From Eledone cirrhosa (lineage: Eukaryota), in NCBI GenBank assembly GCA_964016885.1, contig OZ024740.1:30008001-30072000 (forward strand): a DNA stretch of 64,000 nt, in the 5' to 3' direction. Made by a program: the position numbers and the translations under genes. The notes under the pieces are model-generated. The model was not told the origin of the DNA. It saw nothing but the letters and a program-made list of their open reading frames with translations, and ran no database searches. Position 1 is the stretch's first letter; each line of letters opens with the position of its first letter. Positions 45,601-55,990 of the stretch are shown here, one piece after another.

Positions 45601-48600
45601 TAGGCCCTAGGACCACCTCCCTTCTCACAACCATCGTTACCCCATAACTGTAGAGACCTCTTGTGTCCTTGGTCCTAGGACCACCTCCCTACTCACCACC
45701 ATCAACACCTTGTAATAGTGGAGATCTCTGGTGTCCTTGGCCCTAGGACCACCTCCCTACTCACCACCATCGGTACCCCGTAACTGTAGGGACTTCTGGT
45801 GTCATTGGCCCTAGGACCAACTCCCTACTCAACCCCATCGCTACTCCGTTACTGTGCTGACCTCTGGTGTGCTTGGCCATAGGACCACCTCCCTACTCAC
45901 CACCATCGGTACCTGGTAACTGTGGAGACTTCTGGTGTCCTTGGCCCTAGGACCACCTCCCTACTCACCGCCATCGCTACCCCGTTACTGTGATGACCTC
46001 TGGTGTCCTTGGCCATAGGACCACTTCCCTACTCACCGCCATCAGCACCTTGTAATAGTGGACACCTCAGGTGTCGTTGGCCCTAGGACCACCTCCTTAC
46101 TCACCACAATCGGTACCCCGTAACTTTGGAGACCTCTTGTTTCCTTAGCCCTAGGACCACCTCCATACTCACCACCATCTATACCCCGAAACTGTGGAGA
46201 CTTCTAGTATCCTTGACCCTAGGACCACCCCCTACTCACCACCATCGGTATCTCGTAATTGTGGAGACCTCTGGAGTCCTTGGCCCTAGGACCACCTCCC
46301 TACTCACGACCATCGTTACCCCATAACTGTGGAGACCTCTGGTGTCCTTGGCCCTAGGACCACCTCCCTACTCACCACCATCAGCACCTTGTAATAGTGG
46401 ACACCTCAGGTATCGTTGGCCCTAGGACCACCTCCTTACTCACCACAATCGGTACCCCGTAACTGTGGAGACCTCTTGTTTCCTTAGCCCTAGGACCACC
46501 TCCATACTCACCACCATCTGTACCCCGAAACTGTGGAGACTTCTGGTATCCTTGGCCCTAGGACCACCTCCCTACTCACCACCATCGGTACCTCGTAATT
46601 GTGGAGACCTCTAGAGTCCTTGGCCCTAGGACCACCTCCCTACTCACGACCATCGGTACCCCATAACTGTGGCGACCTCTGGTGTCCTTGGCCCTAGGAC
46701 CACCTCCCTACACACCCTATCAGCACCTTGTAATAGTGGAGACCTCTGGTGTCGTTGTCCATAGGACCACCTCCCTACTCACCACCATCGGTACCCCGTA
46801 ACTGCCGAAACTTCTGGTAACATTGGCCCTCGGACCACCTCCTTTCTCACCACCATCGGTACCCCATGACTGGGAAGACCTCTGGTGTCGTTGGCCCTAG
46901 GACCACCTCCCTACTCACGACCATCGGTACCCCATAACTGTGGTGACATACGGTGTCCTTGGCCCTAGGATCACCTCCCTACACACCACCATCTGTACCC
47001 CGTTACTGTGGAGACCTTTGATGCCCTTGGCCCTAGGACCACCTCCTTACTCACCAACATCGGTACCCCATAACTGTGGAGACCTCTGGTGTCCTTGGCC
47101 CAAGGACCACCTCCCTACTCACCACCATCGCTACCTCGTAACTGTGGAGACCTCTGGCGTGCTTGGCTCTAGGACCACCTCCCTACTCACCACCATCAGC
47201 ACCTTGCAATAGTGGAGACCTTTGGTGTCGTTGGCCCTAGGACCACCTCCTTACTCACCACCACCTGTACCCCGTAACTGTGGAGAGCTCTGGTGACCTT
47301 GGCCCTTGGACCACCTCCCTACTCACCACCATCGCTACCTCGTAATTGTGGAGACCTCTGGTGTCGTTGGCCCTAGGACCACCTCCTTACTCACCACCAC
47401 CCGTACCCCGTAACTGTGGAGACTTCCGGTGTCCTTGGCCCTAGGACCACCTCCCTATTCACCACCATCAGTACCCCATAACTTGTATTGACTTCTGGTG
47501 TCCTTGGCCCTACGACAACCTACACACCACCATCAGCACCTTGTAATAGTGGAGACCTCTGGTGTCGTTGGCCATAGGACCACCTCCCTACTCACCACCA
47601 TCGTTACCACGTAACTGTCGAGACTTCTGGTAACATTGGCCCTAGGACCACCTCCCTACTCAACACATTCGGTACCTCGTTACTGTGGAGACCTCTTGTT
47701 TCCTTGGCCCTAGGACAACCTCTTTACTCACCACCAGCGGTACCCCATAACTGTGCAGAACTCTTGATTCGTTGGCCCTAGGACCATCTCCTTACTCACC
47801 ACCATCTGTACCCCGTTACTGTGGAGACCTCTGGCGTCCTTGGCCTTAGGACCACCTCCCTACTCACAACCATCGGTACCCCATAACTGTGGAGAACTCT
47901 TGTGTCCTTGGTCCTATGACCACCTCCCTACTCACCACCATCAGCAACTTGTAATAGTGGAGACCTCTGCTGTCGTTGGCCCTAGGACCACCTCCTTACT
48001 CACAAACATCGGTACCCATAACTGTGGAGACCTCTGGCGTCCTTGGCCCTAGGACCACCTCCCTCCTCACGACCATCGGTACCCCATAAGTGTGAAGACC
48101 TCTTGTGTCCTTGGTCCTATGACCACCTCCCTACTCACAACCATCAGCACCTTGTAATAGTGGAGACCTCTGGTGTCGTTGGCCCTAGGACCACCTCCTT
48201 ACTCACCACCACCTGTACCCCGTAACTGTGGAGACCTCTGGTGACCTTGGTCCTAGGACCACCTCCCTATTCACCGCCATCAGTACCCCATAACTGTGGA
48301 GATTTCTGGTGTCCTTGGCCCTAGGACCACCTCCCTGCTCACGACAATCGGTAGGCCATAACTGTGGAGACTTCTGGTGTCCTTGGCCCTAGGAACACCT
48401 CCCTACTCACGATCATCGGTACGCCGTAACTGTGGAGACTTCTGGTGTCCTTGGCCATAGGACCACCTCCCTACTCACCACCATCACTACCCCGTAACTG
48501 TGGGGACTTCTGGTGTCCTTTACCCTAGGACCACCTCTCTAAACACCACCATTGGTACCCCGTTACTCTGGAGACCTCTGGTCTCCTTGGTCCTAGGACC

Positions 48601-51600
48601 ACCTACCTACTTACCACCATCAGCACCCCGTAATTGTGGAGACTTCTGGTGTCCTTGGCGCTACGACCACCTCCCTACTCACCACCATCAGTACCCCGTA
48701 ACTCTAGGAACTTCTGGTGTCCTTGGCCCCAGTACCACCTCCCTACTCACCACCATCTCTACCCCGTTACTGTGGAGACCTCTGGTGTCCTTGGCCCTAG
48801 GACCACCTCTCTACTCCCCACCATCGCTACCCCGTTACTGTGGTGACTTCTGCTGTCCTTGGCACTAGGACCACCTCCCTATTCACCACCATCGGTACCT
48901 CGTAACCGAGGAGATCTCTGGTGTCCTTGGCCCTAGGACCACCTCCCTATTCACCACCATCAGTACCCCGTAACTGTAGGGACTTCTGGTGTCCTTGGCC
49001 CTAGAACTACCTCCCTACTCACCACCATCGCTACAACGTTACTGTGGAGACCTCTGGTGTCCTTGGCCCTAGGACCACCTCCCTATTCACCACCATCGGT
49101 ACCTCGTAACTGTGGAGACATCTGGTGTCTTTTGACCTAGGACCACCTCTTTACTAACCACCATCGGTACCCCGTAAGTGTGGAAACTTCCGGTGTCCTC
49201 GCCCTAGGACCACCTCTCTACTCACCACCATCGCTACATCGTTACTGTGGAGACTTCTGTTGTCCTTGGCCCTAGGGCCGCCTCCCTACTCACCACCATC
49301 AGTACCCTGTAACTGTGAAGACTTCTGATGTCCTTGGCCCTAGGACCACCTCCCTACTCAACCCCATCGCTACTCCATTACTGTGCTGACCTCTGGTGTC
49401 CTTGGCCCTAGGACCACCTCCCTACTCACAACCATCACTACCCCGTTACTGTGGAGACTTCTGGGGTCCTTGGCCCTAGGACCACCTCCATACTCACCAC
49501 CATCGGTACCTCATAACTGTGGATATCTCTGATGTCCTTGGCCCTTGGACCACCTCCCTACTCACCACCATCGGTACCCCGTAACTGTAGGGACTTCTGG
49601 TGTCCTTGGTCCTAGGACCAACTCCCTACTCACCCCCATCGCTACTCCGTTACTGTGCTGACCTCTGGTGTCCTTGGCCCTAGGACCACCTCCCTACTCA
49701 CCACCATCGCTACCCCGTTACTGTGGAGACCGCTGGTATCCTTGGCCCTAGGACCACCTCCCTACTCACCAGCATCGCTACCCGTTACTGTGGAGACTTC
49801 TGATGTCCTTGGCCCTAGGACCACCTTCCTAATCACCACCACAGTACCCCGTAACTGTGGATGCTTCTGGTGTCCTTGGCCCTAGGACCACCTCCCTACT
49901 CACCACCATCAGCACCCCGTAACTGTGGAAACCTCTGGTGTCCTTGGCCCTAGGACCACCTCCCTACTCACCACCATCGGTACCTCTTAACTGTGGAGAC
50001 CTCTGTTATCCTCGGCCCTAGGCCACCTCCCTACTCACAACCATCGTTACCCCATAACTGTGGAGACCTCTTGTGTCCTTGGTCCTAGGACCACCTCCCT
50101 ACTCACCACCATCAGCAACTTGTAATAGTGGAGACCTCTGGTGTCGTTGGACCTAGGACCACCTCCTTACTCACCACCATCTGTAACCCGTAACTGTGGA
50201 GACCTCTGGTGAACTTGGCCTTAGGACCACCTCCATACTCTCTACTATCGGTACGTCGTAACTGTGGAGACCTCTTGTGTCCTTGGCCGTAAGACCACCT
50301 CCTTACTCACCAACATCGGTACCCGTAACTGTCGAGATTTCTGGTGTCCTTCGCCCTAAGACCACCTCCCTACTCACCACCATCAGTACCTCATAACCGT
50401 GGTGACCTCTGGTGTCCTTGGCCCTAGGACCACCTCTTTAATCACCACCATCGGTACCCCGTAAGTGTGGAGACTTCTGGTGTCCTTGGCCCTAGGACCA
50501 CCTCTTTACTCACCACCATCGGTATCCCGTAACTGTGGGGACTTCTGGTGTCCTTGGCCCTAGGACCACATCTCTACTCACCACCATCGCTACATCGTTA
50601 CTGTGGATACTTCTGGTATCCTTGGCCCTAGGACCACCTCCCTACTCACCACATTCGGTACCCCGTAACTGTGGAGACTTCTGGTATCCTTGGCCCTAGG
50701 TCCACCTCCTTACTCACAACCATCGGTAACTCGTAACTGTGGAGACCTCTGTTGTCCTTGGCCCTAGGACCACCTCCCTACTCACCACCAATTGTACCCC
50801 GATACTGTGGAGACCTTTGGGGCCCTTGGCCCTAGGACCACCTCTTTACTCACCACCATCGGTCCCCGTAACTGTGGAGACTTCCGGTGTCCTTGGCCGT
50901 AGGACCACCTCCCTACTCACCACCATCGGTACCCCGTAACTGTGGAGACCTCTTGTTTCCTTGGCTCTAGGACCACCTCCTTACTCTCCACCATCTGTAC
51001 CGCGAAACTGTGGAGACTTCTCGTATCCTTGGCCCTAGGATCAGCTCTTTACTCACCACCATCGGTACCCCGTAACTGTGGGGACTTCCGGTCTCCTTGG
51101 CCCTTGGACTAACTTCCTACTCACCACCATCTGTACCCCGTAACTGTGGCGGCTTCTGGTGTCCTTGGCCCGTGGACCACCTCCCTACTCACCACCATCG
51201 GTACCTCGTAATTGTGGAGACCTCTGGAGTCCTTGGCCCTAGGACGACCTCCCTACACCCCACCATCAGCACCTTGTAATAGTGGAGACCTCTGGTGTCG
51301 TTGGCCATAGGACCACCTCCCTACTCACCACCATCGTTACCACGTAACTGTCGAGACTTCTGGTAACATTGGCCCTAGGACCACCTCCTTACTCAACACA
51401 TTCGGTACCTCGTTACTGTGGAGACCTCTTGTTTCCTTGGCCCTAGGACAACCTCTTTACTCACCACCATCGGTACCCCATAACTGTGCAGACCTCTGGA
51501 TTCGTTGGCCCTACGACCATTTCCTTACTCACCACCATCTGTACCCCGTTACTGTGGAGGCTTCTGGTGTCCTTGGCCCGTGGACCACCTCTCTACTCAC

Positions 51601-52290
51601 AACAATCGGTACCCCATAACTGTGGAGACCTCTTGTGTCCTTGGTCCTATGACCACCAACCCTACTCACCACCATCAGCAACTTGTAATAGTGGAGACCT
51701 CTGGTGTCGTTGGCCCTAGGACCACCTCCTTACTCACCAACATCGGTACCCATAACTGTGGAGACCTCTGGTGACCTTGGCCCTAGGACCACCTCCCTAC
51801 TTACCACCATCGGTACCTCGTAACTGTGGAGACCTCTGGTGTCCTTGGCCCTAGGACTACCTCATTACTCACCACCATCGGTACCCCGTAACTGTGGAGA
51901 CTTCCGGTGTCCTTGACCCTAGGACCACCTCCCTATTCACCACCATCAGTACCCCATAACTGTGGAGATTTCTGGTGTCCTTGGCCCTAAGACCACCTCC
52001 CTGCTCACGGCCATCGGTACGCCATAACTGTGGAGACTTCTGGTGTCCTTGGCCCTAGGACCACCTCCCTACTCACCACCATCGGTACTCCGTAACTGTG
52101 GAAACTTCTGGTGTCCTTGGCCCTAGGACCACCTCCCTACTCACCACCATCGGTACTCCGTAACTGTGGAAACTTCTGGTGTCCTTGGCCCTAGGACCAC
52201 CTCCCTACTCACCACCATCGGTACTCCGTAACTGTGGAAACTTCTGGTGTCCTTGGCCCTAGGTCCACCTCCCTACTCACCACCATCGGC
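24620..52290 (+). repeat. 68-bp tandem satellite, ~400 copies, consensus GTAACTGTGGAGAC(T/C)TCTGGTGTCCTTGGCCCTAGGACCACCTCCCTACTCACCACCATCGGTACCCC; retrotransposon-derived
   Basis: Period measured directly (atcggtactc at 52081 and 52149). The unit translates to PVTVETSGVLGPRTTSLLTTIGT, matching the single-copy element at 53108-53175. Confidence 0.97.
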
Positions 52291-52440
52291 ACAGACTTGG
52301 TTACCCTCAGGTGTGAGTCTCAACTGGAATGGCTCTTCCAACGCGTCCCCATCGCCATCCTCCGGGGAAATGCCTTTTCTATTCAGTCCGCCTGGGTCGC
52401 GGAACGACTAGCACATTGGCTCCCATTTGCTCTTAATAGG
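52234..52440 (+). mobile_element. 3' end of a CRE-like (RLE-endonuclease) non-LTR retrotransposon, continuous with the last satellite unit
   Basis: Frame reads VETSGVLGPRSTSLLTTIGTDLVTLRCESQLEWLFQRVPIAILRGNAFSIQSA. The L.QR.S.AI.RGNA motif is characteristic of CRE-clade RLE C-termini. DNA aligns by eye with 53117-53336. Confidence 0.85.
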
Positions 52441-52887
52441 AGAGATGGGGAGAGTAGGAGAGGTGGAGACAGTGACAGTGTGAGTTTGGTTCCTTTGTGT
52501 TCGGACCTGGTGTATATGTATATATTTACCAGACCACATCCTTCATCTATACACTAAAATAACACTGACTTATCTGTAAACAACAACATTAACACAATAA
52601 ACACTAAGAATAAGAATAACTTTAAACACAACAGTAAAGGCAGCAAAAGAGTAAAACACAGCAATTCAATTAATATATCATGGGGCCCAAGTTGTCGGCC
52701 TCCACCCCCTACATGGTGGGCTCTAGAAACTGAACTTTGTATCTTTGATCTCGAGCAGGTGAACGACAACATGAGACAAACTCAAGAAGAAGATTTAAAT
52801 CATTACTAAGAACAAACATTTTCAAATTTTGCAATACAACAGTAACAGCATTAAAACCACCTTTATGGAACAAGAGTGATTATCACT

Positions 52888-53336
52888 TAGCCGGTGGGGC
52901 TGGTCCGAGGGGATAGCAAAAGGCCAAACGGTATGACCATCTTCCCATTCCGCGGTAGCAAACCCCTCGTCTGGGATGCCACTTACAGCGACACTTTCTC
53001 CAGCCGCCGCAACCTGGTGCAGTCTGCGACTAACCCAGTTACTGAGCACGTCGGGCTGAGGAGGCCAAACTCTCCAAGTACAGGTCGCCGACAGGTTTGC
53101 GGTCGTGCCCTTGGCAGTGGAGACTTCTGGTGTCCTTGGCCCTACGGCTACCTCCCTATTCACCACCATAGGCTCTGAGCAGGCCAGCCGCAGGTGTGAG
53201 CCTCGCGAGCTGGAATGGCTCTTCCACCGCATCTCCCTTACCATCCTCCGGGGAAACGCCTTCTCCATCCTGTCCGCCGGGGCTGTTAGGATGCCAGCAC
53301 GTGGGACCCCATTTACTCACCATACGGATTAATAGG
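52888..53336 (+). mobile_element. Degenerate 5'-truncated CRE-like non-LTR retrotransposon, RLE (PD-D/ExK-type) domain, two frameshifts
   Basis: Three successive frames give PVGLVRGDSKRPNGMTIFPFRGSKPLVWDATYSDTF / ARRAEEAKLSKYRS (53046-53087) / DRFAVVPLAVETSGVLGP...ELEWLFHRISLTILRGNAFSIL. These are the RPDG..WD, KxxKY, PxxVExxG and RGNA motifs, with catalytic PD mutated to PN. Confidence 0.88.
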
Positions 53337-53689
53337 CAAAGTTATAAACTATTGTTTCTACCGGTTGGAAGTCGGTGTTACATTCATGTTACAATAATTG
53401 AGAAAATGTTCTTACGACTACAAGAAGGATACCTCACTATTCTAAATTATACACAGACTAGGCGGATACTTGGTGACATATAGTACCGGTTTATTCCAGT
53501 TCAAACCTAGCATCACAACATAACGATGTTCTATAGCCTCATACCTCTATTACTTTTCTTCCCCCTAAATTTCTTTCACTCCTTTCTTCTTTTCATTAAT
53601 TTCTGTTCTTATGTTTCTATATTTTCTTGTTTCTAATTTTTCTTCTCGACATTTCTTACAATTCTGTAAGCAGCTGCATGTCCTCTTTC

Positions 53690-53912
53690 TAGTTATCATC
53701 CTTATCTTCATCTTTATTATCATCATCACTATCATGATCATCATCATTATCGTTGGCGTCGTCATTATTATCAAAGCCATTACCATCATCATCAACGTCA
53801 TAATCATTACTATGATCATATCTCCTGCAACCATCACTATCATTATCATCATTATCGTCACCACCATCATAGCTATCACCATAGCAATCATCATCATCAT
53901 CAGCAGCAGCAG
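53690..53912 (+). repeat. Degenerate (ATC)n microsatellite
   Basis: atcatcatc/attatc runs ending in (agc)4. Explains the poly-Ile and poly-Met ORFs. Confidence 0.9.
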
Positions 53913-54186
53913 CCGATCATAAACTTTACATGAATATAACTCCATAAATGTGACGTAAAGTTAAAACAAAAATGGAGATTATCAAGTCTTTTGAAGGACA
54001 GAATATGGAGAAGACATTATTAAGTGGCTATTAAGAGAGTGAGAGGTATCAACTGCCTCCACTAACGGTATTAGTAACTACATACAGTACACACTGTTGA
54101 CGTCACGATTTATTTACCAACGTCACAATGACGTCAGTATAAAATACTATTTGCTTATATGACATTATATTGTCGAATTATTATTT

Positions 54187-54345
54187 ACACGCATATACAC
54201 ACACGCGCGTGCACACACAACACATACACACACATACATACGCACGCACACACACATACATACACATACATAAATAGAAGCAAATGTATACGTACATACA
54301 TAAATATATAGTGACACAAACAGGCATACTTACACATGTGTGTGT
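54187..54345 (+). repeat. Compound (CA)n/(CATA)n microsatellite
   Basis: acacacacgcgcgtgcacacacaacacatacacacacatacata read directly. Confidence 0.85.
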
Positions 54346-54517
54346 ACTTTTGATTTTTTGTTTAAGATGAAACATTTCTCACTCTGTGCCTTAAACATCA
54401 ATTGAAAGTTTCTATTAAAGATAGGGAGAACTTAAGTTGTAGTTACTCTTTTCAGTTTTGCTGCTCATTTTCAAGTACTATTGAATACTTTTATCCTCGT
54501 TTGTGGACACAAACATT

Positions 54518-54578
54518 CATACATACAAACATACATACATACACATATACAAACATACATATATACATATATATATAA
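54518..54578 (+). repeat. (CATA)n/(TA)n microsatellite
   Basis: catacatacaaacatacatacat...tatatatata read directly. Confidence 0.85.
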
Positions 54579-54771
54579 GGGAAATCATTTTTTTAAAAGG
54601 GTTTGAGAAGCGCACCTGGTATATATATAAAGAATCTTTATATGTACAAAATTGATGTTAGCAAAGCCTGCTTTCTCCGTTTTGGATTATTAAAACATTT
54701 GTTATTAGGTTAAATTGTTTTTCCATTAATTCTGGACCACATTGGTTTGGGTCGCTTCTATCCTTACTAAA

Positions 54772-54774
<3 letters not shown>

Positions 54775-54806
<32 letters not shown>
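54775..54806. repeat. (TA)n microsatellite
   Basis: Uninterrupted TA run. Confidence 0.95.
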
Positions 54807-54811
<5 letters not shown>

Positions 54812-54911
54812 CAGATTAAAGTTTAAGCAAAGAATCGTTGCTTTCACCCTTAACGGGGTCCCGTTAAGGGTGAAAGCAGTGATTCTTTGCTTAAACTTTA
54901 ATCTGTTATTT
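54806..54911. repeat. Near-perfect palindrome, 52-bp arms with 2-nt centre, within a (TA)n-flanked insertion (54806-~55010); possibly an inverted Penelope-like pLTR junction
   Basis: 54806-54857 is the reverse complement of 54860-54911 apart from two adjacent G-T pairs. The Penelope assignment is inference. Confidence 0.9.
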
Positions 54912-55313
54912 TAATAAATATTTGCTCTAGGGTTCTTATATATTTGATATATATTTATCCCTATCGAGCCCTCTTTGGATTTTAATCTTCATATTTATTA
55001 TATTTACTATATATATATATATATATACATACACTACAAGGTGAACATTCAGCAAATAAAGAGAACGCAATGCTGTATGATGTGTCTTTATATAGTACAT
55101 AAGTTGTACTACTTAAGTTTCACGCTATTTAGTTGACATTACGTCTTGATAAATGACACATATTCTATTCAAGTAACGATTTCAATGGATCTGAAGATTT
55201 ATAAGTCGTCAGTCTGGTGTATATTATTTGTGTTTATTTTAGCATTGTGAAAGCTCTTTGGTTAGTTCTTCCGTTGTTAATTTGTAAAGAATAATGTATA
55301 GTATAGAACCTAT

Positions 55314-55594
55314 GTTGGAGATCACACAGCGAATAAATCGCTCTACGGCTCACACCTTCATCTTTCTGACACGATAAAGCATAGGGGGTTCGATTTATCC
55401 GACATGTGAAACGTCACAATGAACCTGCTGGCAGAGTTCTTTTCTGGAAACCTGATGTGTGCAGACGAGTTGAGAGACCAACCACCACGTTGAAGGATGT
55501 TCTTGAAGATGACACCGTGTTGGAGACAGGAAATTTAGACGGAAATGCTGGACAGGGTGCGCTGGAGAAGGAACTTCGTTATAGCACCCGGTAA
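55314..55594 (+). mobile_element. RTE-clade non-LTR retrotransposon 3' ORF fragment, frameshifted
   Basis: Joined frames read WR.HTANKSLYGSHLHLSDTIKHR..RFIRHVKRHNEPAGRVLFWKPDVCRRVERPTTTLKDVLEDDT...EMLDRVRWRR, matching the RTE C-terminal pattern W..H.TN..LYG...RRLRF.GH..R...LLW.P...GRP..T..D...DR..WR. Confidence 0.8.
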
Positions 55595-55614
55595 TGGGTG
55601 TATAGAAAAAGAAT

Positions 55615-55804
55615 ACTTGTGTATTTTTGCTAATTGTTTCCTATTTAGATCTGTTGTGTTGTGTGATGAAGGAATTAGCAATTGCTCCTTGTTCTCCATT
55701 AAGAACAGGTAGGTAAATGTTGTCTCCATGTAACCAATATAATAGTTGTATTGATGAAATTTACAACTGTCATGTTTGCAACGAAACTTATAAATCACAT
55801 TACT
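55615..55804 (-). mobile_element. Penelope-like element GIY-YIG endonuclease fragment
   Basis: Minus frame SNVIYKFRCKHDSCKFHQYNYYIGYMETT fits the Penelope pattern VY.F.C..C...YIG.T. It is cut off by the adjacent SINE. Confidence 0.75.
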
Positions 55805-55990
55805 CCGGTGAATTGGCAGTATCGGTAGAGGGTCAGACATGCTTTCCAGCACAGTTACGTCCCTTTACGATCCGAGTTCAAATCCCACCGAGGTTAACTT
55901 TGCCTTTCATCCTTACGAGGTCGATAAAATAAAGTACCAGTAATGTACTGGTTAATTGCTGGCCTTGTGCCAAAAGTAGAAACAATTACT
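55805..55990 (+). mobile_element. tRNA-derived SINE (octopus-type)
   Basis: A-box-like tggcagtatcggtag and B-box gagttcaaatccc, body gaggttaactttgcctttcatcct..ggtcgataaaataaagtaccag, tail aattgctggccttgtgccaaaa..gaaacaatt. Family recognised from memory. Confidence 0.8.

Noticed and set aside
26259-51774. Dozens of 60-136 aa ORFs (ETSGVLGP.., LALGPPPYSPP.., CGDFWCPWP..HHH)
   Set aside because: They are the three frames of the 68-bp monomer. The consensus has TAG (cctagg) and TAA stops, and ORFs appear only where these are mutated.
24620-52290. CRISPR array (palindromic conserved part alternating with a variable part)
   Set aside because: The variable segments are short, mutually homologous and re-used. 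There are no cas genes, the context is eukaryotic, and the unit is explained by a retrotransposon.
24620-52290. Hammerhead-ribozyme satellite or retrozyme
   Set aside because: No CTGANGA...GAAA core on either strand of the consensus monomer.
52670-52810. LTR end plus primer-binding site (..CA TGGGGCCC) and gag-like start
   Set aside because: I cannot match the PBS to a tRNA 3' end, no second LTR is visible, and the peptide similarity is too weak.
53565-54375. Hydrophobic poly-Ile, poly-Met and Val-Cys ORFs resembling membrane proteins
   Set aside because: They derive from (ATC)n and (CA)n microsatellites.
55805-55890. tRNA gene
   Set aside because: The A/B boxes are followed by SINE body and tail, and no cloverleaf can be formed.
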